Positions 14,906-29,650 of a DNA stretch of 64,000 nucleotides are shown here, one piece after another. Numbering within the stretch: position 1 is the first letter of the stretch; every line of letters starts with the position of its first letter. Below the pieces are notes generated by a model. The model had not been told where the DNA came from. It ran no database searches and saw nothing but the letters and a program-made list of their open reading frames with translations. A program made the translations under genes and the position numbers. Origin of the DNA: Dictyostelium discoideum (taxonomy: Eukaryota); assembly GCA_000004695.1 (NCBI GenBank), contig CM000153.2:2976001-3040000 (forward strand). Direction: 5' to 3'.

Positions 14906-15704
14906 ATGAAATTAATATTATTTATTTTATTAATAATTTCCATTAAATCAATTATTGGACAAGATTTATATGTCAATTTTGTCCCATTTCTAACAGAGAA
15001 ATGTAATGAACAACCATTTGGTATTGGATTTTCAATTTTATCAGGTATGTATATTATGATAGAATTAAAATATAAAAATTAAATAAAAATTTAATTTTTA
15101 ATTATTAATTTAAAATAAAATTTTTAAAAATTTAAAAGGTATCTGTATAAACAACTTAGGAAGTTATTTACAAAATGATGAAGTAACTCCTTCATCATGG
15201 TATTTTAAAATTACTGAATATGAACAAACAACAATAATAACTGGTTATAATTATCCTGAAATTGATTGTAGTGGATTTCCAGAGGTTTCAAGATTTGTTT
15301 ATGGAGTTGAGTGTGTTAATAGTCCTGTAATTGTTCCAATTAATGCAACATTCTCTGGAGGTTATAAATATAGTTCCTATTACACTCATGTCACCTTATC
15401 AAAAGTACCAATGTTTTCTGATGACTCTGTAGTTCGTGGTGTTTATTCAAATGATGAAAGCTCTACAGATGGAAGTGTTGATTCATGTACATTTGATAAT
15501 TTTATTTATGGTACTGTAATAACAAAAAATTTCCAAATCAGCTATCAATTCCCATTTGACTATTCCGAAACATATTCATGTTCTTCAAATGGTACTTCAT
15601 TATTAAAAACCTGTGTTGGAAATGAAAAGTGCTATCAAAAAAATATTTCAATGCAGTGTAATTCTGATGAATCAGATGGGCATACCCAAATTTTTTGTTC
15701 TTAA
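14906..15704 (+). CDS. secreted cysteine-rich protein, paralog A (2 exons)
   Basis: Exon 1 is 14906-15044 (MKLILFILLIISIKSIIGQDLYVNFVPFLTEKCNEQPFGIGFSILS, a signal peptide). The donor is GTATGT at 15045 and the acceptor is aaaag at 15138 (phase 1). Exon 2 is 15139-15704 (GICINNLGSYLQNDEVTPSSWYFKIT...). It ends with a Cys-rich module KTCVGNEKCYQKNISMQCNSDESDGHTQIFCS. Confidence 0.65.
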
Positions 15705-15988
15705 CTTTTTTGGTTAATTTAAAAAAAATAAAATAAAATAAAATAAAAATAATTATTTGGATTTTTTTTTTAATTCCAAATCAACACATAAAAAAACCAT
15801 TTTTTAAGTTTTTAAAATTATCTATATCTAAACTATCTATATTTTTTTTTTTTTTTGATTATCTATTTCAGTTTTGTCTAATTAAATGACCAAATTTCAT
15901 TTTCTAATGATATTTATTAATTTTATTAAAATTAATATGGGAAAAAAAGACTTAAAAAAAATTTTGAAAAAAAAAAAAAAAAGGGGGA

Positions 15989-16015
15989 GGGGTAGTTTCC
16001 CATACAAACTACCCC
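15989..16015. repeat. perfect 10-12 bp stem hairpin / long palindrome flanked by an A-run and a T-run, in the intergenic spacer between the two secreted paralogs
   Basis: aaaaaaaaaaaaaaagggg GAGGGGTAGTTT cccatac AAACTACCCCTC ttttttttttttttttt. The arms are exact reverse complements. Confidence 0.85.
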
Positions 16016-16340
16016 TCTTTTTTTTTTTTTTTTTTATAACAAAATAATTTAAAATTAATAATTATCTCATATTATCTTTTAAAAAAGAGATATAAAACAA
16101 AAAATAATGTTTTTATAAATAAAAAAGTGGATACATTTAGTTGATATTTTACCTATTTTTTTTTTTTATAAAGATTATTTCTAAAAAATATTTTTTTTCT
16201 CTTTATTTAATAGTTTAAAAAAATGATTTTTTATGAGATATTTGTTCACATAAAAATTTAGGATGACGACCTATGAAAAGTTTTTCTTTTTTTTTTTTTC
16301 TTTATTTTTTTTTCTGTCCAGTACTAAACCCCCAAATTTG

Positions 16341-16388
<48 letters not shown>

Positions 16389-16420
16389 TACCATATAATT
16401 CTTATTTACTTTTTAAAAAT

Positions 16421-17347
16421 ATGAAATACATAATTTTCATTATTTTATGTTGTAATATACTTGCCCAAAGCCAAGTTATTAATTTTGAACCATTTTTATC
16501 TGGTGAATGTTATGGTGTACCTTCTGGAATTGGGTACTCTGTACAAGCTTGTAATTATTGATTTTAGTAAAAACAAAAAAAAAGAACATTTTTGTTTAGT
16601 GCTACTAATAATAACGACCACAAAATTGATTTATTTTTAATTTTAGATCAATGTATAAATAATATTGGAAGTTTTTTCAATGTTGGTCAATATGATTATC
16701 AATCATGGTTTTTCGGTATTACAACAGAACCAAATGGTGGGTTCACTATTTATGCAAATAGTTATGAACAAGAGAATTGTACAGGTGAAATAGGTGCTAC
16801 ATTTGATTTTGGAAATGGAGACTCTTGCACAACAACAGAATTATTTGTTTCAATCAATGCAACCTTTGATAAAGTTTATAACTTAAGTTCATTATACTCA
16901 TATGTAACCATTTCAAAATATCCGCACTATACAGATAATTCAGTTGTATATGAAGTTTTTTCAACTGACTCACCTGGATCATCATCTGGTTCATCATCTG
17001 GTTCGTCATCTGGTTCATCATCTGGTTCATCATCAGGTTCATCATCTGGATCATCATCTGGTTCATCATCTGGTTCACCATCCGGATCATCATCATCATC
17101 TTCATCATCCAAATGTAAAAACTATGAACACTTCTTGTATGCAGCCTTTGTTACAGATGGATTAGAAATTGATTATAAATCATATAAATCACCATCTGGT
17201 TTAAAAGAGACATATAATTGTGACAAAGGTATTCCAATTATTAATTATTGTGCCCCAAATAAAAAATGTTATAATAAACATATCGAAACAACTTGCAACT
17301 CTAAAGTATCCCCTTCAACATATACAAATATTTTTTGTTCAAAGTAA
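16421..17347 (+). CDS. secreted cysteine-rich protein, paralog B (2 exons), with a (GSSS)n low-complexity insert
   Basis: Exon 1 is 16421-16550 (MKYIIFIILCCNILAQSQVINFEPFLSGECYGVPSGIGYSVQA), with the same NF.PFL...C...P.GIG.S signature as paralog A. The donor is GTAATT at 16551 and the acceptor is ttttaattttag at 16646 (phase 1). Exon 2 is 16647-17347 (YQCINNIGSFFNVGQYDYQSWFFGIT... is approximately A's GICINNLGSY...SSWYFKIT). It ends NYCAPNKKCYNKHIETTCNSKVSPSTYTNIFCSK, which is approximately A's C-terminus. The exact exon-1/2 junction was inferred by analogy with A. Confidence 0.6.
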
Positions 17348-17553
17348 TAAAAAAAAAAAAAAATAAATAATAAAAAAAAAGTATATAAAAGAAAAATAAT
17401 AATAATTATATTTTTTTTTTTTAAAGTGTTTGATAGTTTAGTATTTTTTTTTTTTATTACTATCAATAATGTTTTTCCTTTTTTTTTTTTTTTTTGTATT
17501 TATTAATATTACTGTTTGTCAAAAGTAAATAATTGGTTTTTAAGTTATTTCAT

Positions 17554-19260
<1,707 letters not shown>

Positions 19261-19362
19261 TTTATTACTGTAATACATAATTTAATATAAATAATAATAA
19301 ATAATAAATAGTAATAGTAATAATAGGTTAGTAATTGTAATTTTAAAAAAAAAAAAAAAAGA

Positions 19363-19400
<38 letters not shown>

Positions 19401-19584
19401 TTTATTAAATAAAAAAAAAAAATTACCTTTTCCCTTATAAAAAAAAAAAAGATAAAAAAAAAAAAAAAACCATTAAAAAAAAAACCATTAACCTTTTTAA
19501 AATTAAATTAATTAAAAAAAGAGGGCCGGGGGGGATTCTATCCCAAAGTTATAAAAATAAGGGGCCCCGGCCAAAAAAATTTTT

Positions 19585-19619
19585 GGTTTGGTTTGGTTTG
19601 GTTTGGTTTGGTTTGGTTT
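19585..19619. repeat. (GGTTT)7 pentanucleotide repeat inside an unusual G-rich stretch
   Basis: ggtttggtttggtttggtttggtttggtttggttt. Nearby are gggccggggggg, ggggccccggcc and gggggggg runs, which are atypical for this genome. Confidence 0.9.
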
Positions 19620-19951
19620 AAATTGGTTTGGTTTGGGGGGTTTTTTTTTAAATTTTTTTTTTAAACATTTTACTTTTATTTTTTTATTTTTAAAAAAAAG
19701 GGGGAAATTAACAAGTACAAGGGGTTTTAAATTTTAAAGGGGGGGGAATGTGGGAAAAAACATCAAAAAACACTTAATAAAAACACTTTATAAAAAAAAA
19801 CAATTCAAAAACATTATCTTTTTTTTCTTTTTTTTTTTTTTTTAATAATATAACAAACAAATATATAATATTTTAAAATCGAATTAAATCATAATACGAT
19901 AAAAAAAATAAATAATTACCAATTCTATTAATATATGTACAGAAAATACTA

Positions 19952-19995
<44 letters not shown>

Positions 19996-20197
19996 GAACT
20001 ATTTTTATTTCAGAAAAAATAAAATAAAAAAAAAAAATGAAAAAAATAAAATAAAAATAAAAAATAAAATAATGTTTTTTTAAACCACCAGCCTTTGGAA
20101 CCTTTGGTGCAAGATATTTTATTTTTTTTATTTTTTTTATTTTTTTTTAAAAAAGATCAAGCGATATCGCACACTATTTTTAACCAAAAGTGAAAAG

Positions 20198-20229
<32 letters not shown>

Positions 20230-20414
20230 CAAAAAAATTAAAAATATATCATGTGTTAGAAAATGGAAAGAATTTTCACAAATCTAAATTTAATGACCAA
20301 TCCATGCCAAAATAAGAGTGAAAAGTTTTAAATAAAACAAATATAAAAAAAAAAACTTTTGGAAAATAATTAAAAAAAAAAAAAAAAATCTATAAGTTCT
20401 ATTTACAATTTTTA

Positions 20415-20420
<6 letters not shown>

Positions 20421-20506
<86 letters not shown>

Positions 20507-20510
20507 ATTT
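20421..20510. repeat. (ATT)n microsatellite of ~30 units
   Basis: Direct reading. It lies just 3' of MED31. Confidence 0.95.
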
Positions 20511-20612
20511 AATTGATTTAAATTATTTGAGATTTAGAATTCCTTGTTCATTTTGATTTCAAATCCTTTAAATATGATGTACAGTAAATATTTGTATATA
20601 AAATATATTAAA

Positions 20613-21218
20613 TCAAACTGTTGTTGGTGGTTGCACTTGTTGTTGCTGTTGTTGTTGTTGCTGTTGCTGTAATTCTTGTTCTTTTATGGACATTCTATTA
20701 TTTCTATAATATTGCCAATGATAGAATTGTTGTTCATGAATGAAATCAGTTGATTGAGAATGATTTAATTCTTGTCTAAATCTTTCTTCTTGAAGGAGAT
20801 CTAAAAAATATAAACTTTGTGGGTAAACTATAAATTTAGCATATTCCGGTTTTTTCCAATATTGAAGATAAACTAAATAATTTACAAATGCTTTATCTTG
20901 AAAATAACGATTTTGTGCTAAATCTATTGAATTTTGTTATTATTAATATAATTTTATATTATTATTATAATTATTATAATTATTAATTTATTACATACAA
21001 TTTAAATATCTTGGATTTGATAAACATTGTATAAATTCTAATTCCATAATGAATCTAAGATAATTTGCTTCTTCTTCGTCATTTTCATATGGAAGTACTA
21101 TATTATCATCTTTTTTATCAATTGATTCGCCATTATCGCCATTTTCTGTTATATTTGTTTCATTATTATTTTCTATATTCCCATTATCGTTTTCATTTAT
21201 AGGTGATGATGATGACAT
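20613..21218 (-). CDS. med31: Mediator complex subunit 31 (MED31/SOH1), 2 exons
   Basis: Exon 1 is 21218-~20996: acidic N-term then RFIMELEFIQCLSNPRYLN. The donor is AAT T|GTATGT. The intron is ~64 bp and ends aattcaatag. Exon 2 ends at 20613: YLAQNRYFQDKAFVNYLVYLQYWKKPEYAKFIVYPQSLYFLDLLQEERFRQELNHSQSTDFIHEQQFYHWQYY, a near-perfect MED31 signature, followed by a polyQ tail and TGA. Confidence 0.85.
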
Positions 21219-21613
21219 TTTGTTAAAAATGAAAAAAAAAAAAAAAAAAAATTAAAAAATTAAAAAACAAAAAAAAAAAAAAAAAATTAAAAATAAATAA
21301 AATTAAATAAAAAATAAACTTATTTTAAAGTTCTGTTTATATTATGATTTTCTATTTTTTATTTTTTATTTTAATATTTTTATTTATTATTTAAGGTGTG
21401 TTTATACAATGGAGAGGGGTGATATTATTACTATCTATTGTTTTTTTTGTTGGTTTTTTTGTTTGTTTTTTTTTGTTTGTTTTTTTTTTTTTTTTTTTGA
21501 ATAATCCTTTTTAAAAAATCATTCTTGTCGATATTATTGGTTTTTTTTATATATTTGAGTTTTTTTCCTTCTTTTTTTTTTCTAATTTCTTTTTTTTTTT
21601 TTTTTTTTTTTAT

Positions 21614-22150
21614 TTATTTTCTCCACCAAGTTAATAAATTTTGTTCTCTACCAATTTTCTTTTGAAGTTGTAAGATACCATAAACAAAAGCTTCAGCAGT
21701 TGGTGGACAACCTGGAATATAAACATCGACTGGAATGATTCTGTCACAACCTCTAACGACAGAGTAAGAATAATGATAGTAACCACCACCATTTGCGCAT
21801 GAACCCATTGAAACTACATAACGTGGATTTGGCATTTGATCGTAAACTTTACGAAGTGCTGGTGCCATTTTATTTGTTAATGTACCTGCAACAATAATAC
21901 AATCTGATTGACGTGGTGAAGCACGAGGAATAACACCAAATCTATCCATATCGTAACGGGCTGCATATCCTTGCATCATTTCTACTGCGCAACATGCTAA
22001 ACCAAATGTCATTGGCCATAATGAGCCTGTACGTGCCCAATTGACTAACCCATCGATTTTACTAATAACAACTTCTGGTAATGTATTTGGTGGTGCTTGT
22101 TTAAATGATGATGCTAATAATTTGCTAAGATGTTGTGCGTTATGTGCCAT
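21614..22150 (-). CDS. ndufs7: NADH:ubiquinone oxidoreductase 20-kDa subunit (NDUFS7/PSST/NuoB), single exon, 178 aa
   Basis: The whole length is NuoB-like: [77 protein letters not shown]. Cys ligands for the N2 Fe-S cluster are present. There is an N-terminal mitochondrial presequence. Confidence 0.95.
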
Positions 22151-22291
22151 TTTTAAATTAATTATTATTGTGCTATATAATGTCGAAAAAAAAAAAAATA
22201 AAGTAAAACAAAAAAAAAAAATTGAAAAAAAATAAAAAAAAATAAAAAAAAATAAAAAAAAATTTTTGGAAAAAAAAATAATAAAAAAAAA

Positions 22292-22327
<36 letters not shown>

Positions 22328-22910
22328 AAGGTGTTTCATTTTTTATTTTTATTACTATACTTGTTTATTATTATTATTATTATTATTATTTTTTTTTTAT
22401 TTTTTTGAATAAGAAAAAAATAAAAAATAATAAGTTATTTTTAACAAAATTTATTTAATTTTATTTAATTTTTTTTTTTTTTTTTTATTTAATTTTTTTC
22501 TTTTTTTTTAATTTTTTCCATAATCTTTGAATACCAACTATATTAATAACAATTGAAATTAATAATAAATAATACAATTTTTTAATATAATAAAATTCTG
22601 TTAATTATTTGATTTAAAAGAATTTACAAAAAAAGTAATTTTTTTTTTTTATTTTTTTATTTTTTTTTTTTGTTTTTATTTTTTTTTTTTTTTTATTTTT
22701 AATTTTTTTATTATTTTTCATAGAGTGGTTTTATTACAATCCTTTTACGAGGGTTTTTTTTTTTTTTCATTTGTGTTGTAAATAATTCTTTCTTTATATG
22801 ATTCTCTAAAAAATACAAATCATTTAATAAACATAAAAATCATCGATCATAAAAAAAAAAAAAAATCAAAAAAACAAAAAAAAAAAAAAACAAAACAAAT
22901 CAATAAATAA

Positions 22911-24425
22911 TGGCAGTAGCTGAATATGAAGGCCAAGAATACGAACAAAATTTAGCAGATGAATGGAAAAGAACCAATATTGAGGCAGGTCCTGATTATT
23001 ATTTACCAAAATCGGTTGAATATTTATTAGGTCCTGGTATTGTTCAGTAAGTATTTTTTTTTTTTTTTTTTTTTTTAAAAAGTTTCAATTACATAAACTA
23101 ATAATAAAAAAAAAAAAAAAATGAAATAGTATTTGGTGTCAGCATTTCGAAATTGCAAAATTATCATTTCATATTTTTGAATACGAAGAGGATGATGTTT
23201 TACCAGATCTCTATCAAAGATTTAAAGAAAAAAATAGAGAACAGCTTTCAACATGTTTAGAATGGTAAGTTTATTATAGTTGTTTTTTTTTAAATTATTA
23301 TTATTATTATATTCTAATTTTAATTATTATTTTTAAAATAAAGTTCATTAAGATATAGAAAACAAAAATCAATATTTTTAAAAGCATTTAAAGAGAAATT
23401 TCAACATAATAATTATATAGAGATAGTTTCATCAATTGAAAAAGTAGAGAAAACAAGAGTTAGAGAACATTTAAATAAATATAAAGATGATTGTAATGTT
23501 TTGATTATATTAATTCATGAGGTTGTCAATAATGTGGAATTATTAGAGGATCAAGAATTAAAGAAACGTTTTTTATATACAATCGATGGTTTTGTTAGAG
23601 AGTATTCAATTTCATTTGGTGATCCAAATAAAAAAGTACCAGGAATTTATATGATGTTAATGGCAAGTAATAAATTCAAAGAATTAAAAGAATGGGCATC
23701 ATCCTATTTACAAACCATCACAAAAATATCAATGGATGAAATTCAATCAGTTTATCCTGTCATTGAAAGATTAATTACCGATTTACAATTTAATCAAGAT
23801 AATAAACTTAATCCAGATTCAATATTCTCTGAAGAAATTAATGATATTTGGGATGGTGTACCATTGTTTCTTAGTCATTTTGATGATATGGCACTTTTAG
23901 TAAGTGTTTTATTTTAATTTTAATTTTTTTTATTTTTTTGAAAAATTATAATATATTAATGTTTTTTTTTAAATATATTTAGAATTCATTTCCATTACAA
24001 AATTTATTACCACTTTTTATTGTGAAATTATCAAGTTCAACAATTTTAAGACCATCAATTATTCAAACTTTTTTAATTGTATTTAGGTTACTAAAAACAA
24101 ATGTTTGGAGAGAAATACCAAATTGTGGTCCAAGAAACTTTGCAGAGATTTTATTTTCAAGTTTTTTATTATCAAGAAATGAACAAACTCAATTATTAAT
24201 ACTTCAATTATTTTCAGTATTTATGAAAGATTGTTGTCCTCAAAGTTTATTAGCTGAAATTAGTAGTTATATTTCTGAATTATTTTTAAGGAAAGCATTT
24301 ACTCAAGATGGAGCATATTCAATTAAATCTGGTTCATTATTATTAATAGTTGATATTTTATTAAATTGGTAATTAATTTTTATATTTTTATTAATTAATT
24401 AATTTATTTATTTATTTATTATTTT

Positions 24426-24466
<41 letters not shown>

Positions 24467-25064
24467 AGTTTTTCAACTGATAATGCTGAAGCATGGGGAA
24501 AAAGAATTGTTTATTTTTCAATAAATCAAACTCATCAAAATGTAGTTCCAAATTATACAGATATGCCAAGAGCAATTAAATTAATGGAACATTCATTATT
24601 ATACAGTGCAATTGAATTGAGGAAGAGATTACAATTTTTATTAAATAGTGAATTAAAGGAGGATATTGATAGAGAGTTATCAAATCCATGTGATTTTTGG
24701 TTTAAATCAATTTGGAGATTATTATTAGCTTCAAGTCCTAAACAAATTCCCTATACGACTCATTTGGTTCTATTTAAAATTCATAGGATCTTAGGATTAA
24801 TCAATCCAGTACCGACAAATCCAGAATATGCTAAATCACCAGTTTATGAATGTCTTGCAGAATATCATGAATTAATGGGAAAGTATTTACAAACATTTTC
24901 AGATTTTCCACCATTTGCATTACAAGTTAAACCTGGTGATTCTTCTGTAGTTTTGGATGTTTTAGATAATGAACAATTTCATAAAACTATTTTTTCTTTA
25001 TTAGTTTCACCAAATCAAAAAATTTCAACTTCATCCAAAAAAATGTTACAAAAGTAAGTCACAA

Positions 25065-25095
<31 letters not shown>

Positions 25096-28000
25096 TGATT
25101 ATTAATATATTTTATTTTATATTTATTTATAAAAAAAAAGAAAATATCCAAAAGAAAATACAATAACACAAGCATTTAAACAATCAATTATTGAATTTCC
25201 AGAACAAACATCAAGAGGTGTATTAGGTGTATTTAGAGATTTCTTTTTTCATTTAGGATTTATCAATTGTTTAGATTCAATTAATATGATATTCTATTAT
25301 AGTGATCATCTTATATTCATATTGAAAAAGACATTACAAGTTCATGGTAGATTATTGATTGGACCATGTGTTGATGTAATGTGGTCAACATTTCAATATG
25401 GTTTATCATTGGATAAAGAGTTTATGGGTGTGGGTTCAACTAAACCCTATGAAAAGGTTAAATATATGTTTGAATGGTTTAAAGATTCATTCAGTTCCAT
25501 AGGTCAGAATGGATATTGTTCAATAAAAGATCTTCCTTCACCATCGTTTTTAAATGCATGTCATGATCACAATATTTTATTATTCGATTCCATTGAACAA
25601 TATCCATCATATGTTAGAGCTTCAATGAACTCTAATGAACTATATCCTGCACCATCCAATTATTCAACCACATTTTATAGAATTGGTATATTAAATAATA
25701 AAACAAGTAAATTCTCTCAAGATTTTGACTTTTTATTTGAAAATGTTGATTATATTTATAAACGTCAAGAACAACAACCAATCAAAGAATCACAATCATT
25801 AATATTTTTAGAAGCATTCTCAAAGAGTTCAACCTCAAATTCTGCTATCAATCCTATCGTAATAGATCAACAAGAACCTGATCGTATATTTAGTATCATT
25901 TCAAATCATTCAAATTGGATTGAACCATTCTTAAATTGGAATGCTTTAACATCAACTGAATGGTTTGAATCATTAATTGTTATTATTAAATGTAAAGTTA
26001 ATAATATTAATTATAATATTAATAATAATAATAATAATTTGTGTAAAAAGAATTAATCTAATTTTTGTTTTTTATTTTTAATATTTTTAGCATTGGTTAA
26101 AAGTAAATATAAATTTGAAAAATCATTAAATAATTTTATAGGTAGAATTAAAGAAATGCAACTTAGTCCAATTCAAATTACAAAGATTCAATCAGCATTG
26201 GTTCCACCAAAACAAGTCATTCCACAAGAACCAACATCAATATGGGGTTCTCAACCATTACCTACATCCATACATAGTTCTACTATTAAAATTACAGCAG
26301 GTGATATTGTTGCATCATCTTTATCAGCACCAACTAATACTCCATTGGTTGTTACAAAACCAAAACCACCAGCAACTACAACAACAACTACATCATCATC
26401 AATATCACCTCCATTAGCATTCTCAAATGCATCTAATCCATCCATTAATGGTAGTGGTGGTGGTAGGTCATTTGATAAATTTGGTGGTAATAGTTATGAG
26501 AAACCATCATTTGGTAGTAATGGTAGTGGTAGTGCGTTAAATAATACTACTACCAATAATAATAATAAATTTATAAAACCATCATATAACTCATCAAATA
26601 ATACGTTTGGTACTGGGTTTGGTAATATAAATAGTGGTAATACAAATGGTAAACCATATTTAAAGAAAGATTTTGAAGGATCATCTTTAAATGCAATTGA
26701 TGAATTTGAAAGAAACTCTGTTGCTGTTCCACTTAGAGATAAAAAGAAAACTAAAATGTTGGATATTGGTGCACCATTAGCATTCAAGAAAACAAAAGAT
26801 AAAGTACCAGCACATATGGAAGATTTTACAACTAAAATCGATTCATTACATAAGATCATTTTAGATTGGGTACCAACAAAGTTTGCAGATGATCCACCAA
26901 TGTCAGAATTAAAACCAGTACCAGGTACATTTGATGATTTAAAACATTATATCGATATTTTCCAACCATTATTAATTGAAGAGTTTAGAGCACAAGTAAT
27001 TAGAAATTTAGATGAAGGTGTTAATTTTCAAGATGTTACAGTGGATAATTTCATACAAGAGAATGGTTTCATTGATGTAGATTTTGAATTACCACCAAAA
27101 GAAAATGATATTTTATTGGATGATTTCGTTTTAGTGATTCAACCACCAAGAAATGGTAGTCCATTAAATGAGGCTTATAGAGATCCAAATTTATTTTCAG
27201 CATTCGGTAAAGTTGAAAGAAAAGATAGAATCATTCCAAAGGGTGGTAAAGGTAATTTCGATCAAAATGGTGGTGGTGGTGGTGGCGGTAGAGGATTCAT
27301 TATTAAAGTTAGATTCTATAAAGCTAGTTCAAGTACATTTGTTCAACAAATTTGCAAAATTGGTAACATTTGGAATATTCAAAAGGTTACATCACTATCA
27401 ACCATTAGTAGAGAGTATATGGCATTACATATGGTTGGTAAAATTCCATTGGGTACATCAATCATTTCACCACATCTTTATATAAACTCAAATGATAGTA
27501 GTAGTTCAACATTTAAAATTCCAGATAAATTATTTCAAAAACTTAGAAGTTCATTGAATGAAAGTCAGCTATCAGCAATTGCAAGTACATTAAAGAATCT
27601 AGGTGGTTTTTCATTATTACAAGGTCCACCAGGTACTGGTAAAACAAAGACGATTCTATCATTGTTATCAGTTTTTACAACGGTTTTAACCAATATTGAA
27701 AAGTCACATTCTGATCCAAAGATTTTAGTTTGTGCTCCTTCAAATGCTGCAGTCGATGAAATTGCATTGAGAATAAAGAAAGATGGTTTAATCGATAAGA
27801 ATGGTAATAAATTTAAACCTGTGATTTGTCGTATTGGTAATCAATCTCATATCCATCCATCAGTTCAAGATATTTCGGTCGAAAGTTTAATCTTGGGTGA
27901 ATATAAAGATAAAAACTCTGCCATTGCAAATGAAGATCAAAAGAAAGAGAATACAAGACTTAAAATTATAAAAATCAAAGAGAAACAAGTTGAAATCGAT

Positions 28001-29173
28001 AAACAAATCAAAGATTTGGCTGAACGTCTTAAACAACAGGAGGATAATAAACTACGTAATGAAATTACAAAATTAAATTATACCAGAGAGAAATATAATA
28101 ATGATTTAAAGTTGGCAAAAGATGAAGAACGTCGTTTCCATGAACAATATTCAAATACCAAGAGAAATTTATATATAAACATCATTGGTCGTAGTCAAAT
28201 CATTCTATCAACATTATCAGGTAGTGGTTATGATTATTTATTCACTGCAACTAAAAACTTTGATTTGGTAATCGTTGATGAAGCTGCTCAAGCTGTAGAG
28301 CTATCCACTCTAATTCCATTACGTCACGATGTAAAGAAGTGTATTTTGGTTGGCGATCCTCAACAATTGCCACCTACCACCATTTCAAAGGTCGCAACTA
28401 AATTCCAATATGAAATCTCCTTATTTCAACGTTTGATGAATTGTGGTATGGCTCCAACCGTTTTGAAAACTCAATATCGTATGCATCCAATGATCTCAAA
28501 ATTCCCTTCAAAAATCTTTTATCGAGGAGAATTAGAGGATGGTAAGAATGTTCGAGAGTATAAACAAGATTATTACAATGATTCCGCCTCTAGATTTGGT
28601 CCATTGGTTTTCTATGATTTATTTGATAAACATGGCGAGGTTAGAAGTAGTTTCTTTTCCCTTAGAAATCCTACAGAAGTAAAATTAGCAAAACTCATTG
28701 TCGATCAATTAATTTCAAACTATCCCAATACTAAAGATCTGGAAATCGGTGTAATCACCCCATATAAATCACAAAGTGTTGATTTATTCAATGCTTTCAA
28801 AGGTTATCAAAATGTTGAAGTTTCAACAATCGATGGTTTTCAAGGTAAAGAAAAGGATTTTGTAATATTTTCTTCGGTTCGTGCCCATTCCGGTCATTCT
28901 ATTGGTTTTCTTTCAGATATTCGTCGTATGAATGTAGGTTTAACTCGTGCCAAATATTCAATGGTTATCCTTGGTAATTCATCTCTACTTTCAAATAATG
29001 ATGATTGGGGAAATCTAGTAAATGATTTAAGGCAAACAAATAATTGTTATTTTCCTATATCCTCTAAATCAATTGATAAAGGAGTTTTGGAAAAATCAAT
29101 TATTCCTTCTTTGAATTTTGATGGTAGTAATAATTCAAACAATAATATAAATAATAATATAAATAATAATAAC

Positions 29174-29213
<40 letters not shown>

Positions 29214-29650
29214 TTAATAATAACAGTAATAATAGTAATAATAATTATAGTAATAATTATAATATTAACATTGATAGTAACAACAGTAATAATAATAATG
29301 GTGGAAAAAATGAACAGAATAGTGGCCGTGATGCGGATAGTGGGCGTGACCGTGACAAAAGTGATCGTGATCGTGACTATGACCGCAGTGATAGTCGTGG
29401 TGGGCGTGATCGCGATAGAAATGATCGTGGCCGTGACAGAAGTGATCGTGATCGTGATAGAAGTGATCGTGATCGTGATAGAAGTGATCGTGATCGTGAT
29501 AGAAGTGATCGTGATAGAAATGACCGTGACCGTGACAGAAATGACCGTGACCGTGACCGTGACAAAAGTGATCGTGACCGTGACAGAAGTGACCGCAACC
29601 GAGACCGTGATCGTGATTATGATGATAGAGATAGAAAAAAAAGAAGATAG
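22911..29650 (+). CDS. Sen1/senataxin-like superfamily-I RNA/DNA helicase, ~2100 aa, 7 exons, with a C-terminal RD/RS dipeptide-repeat tail
   Basis: Exons, with phases checked across every junction: 22911-23046; 23130-23264; 23344-23899; 23983-24368; 24469-25053; 25141-26042; 26091-29650. Donors are GTAAGT (4 of 6), GTAATT and GTAAAA. The N-terminal exons encode a long alpha-helical Sen1_N-like region. The last exon encodes the helicase core: GPPGTGKTKTILSLLSVF (Walker A), IVDEAAQ (motif II), LVGDPQQLPPT, QYRMHP, TIDGFQGKEKDFVIFSSVR, VGLTRAKYSMVILG. A poly-Asn stretch and (RDRDRSD)n follow at 29320-29640. Confidence 0.85.

Noticed and set aside
16854-17165. His/Asp/Met-rich ORFs on both strands (MMNQMM..., DDEPDDEPDD..., HHLVHHLV...)
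   Set aside because: These are alternative-frame and antisense readings of the (GSSS)n-encoding tcatcatctggt repeat inside secreted paralog B. The sense GSSS frame is continuous with flanking conserved coding sequence.
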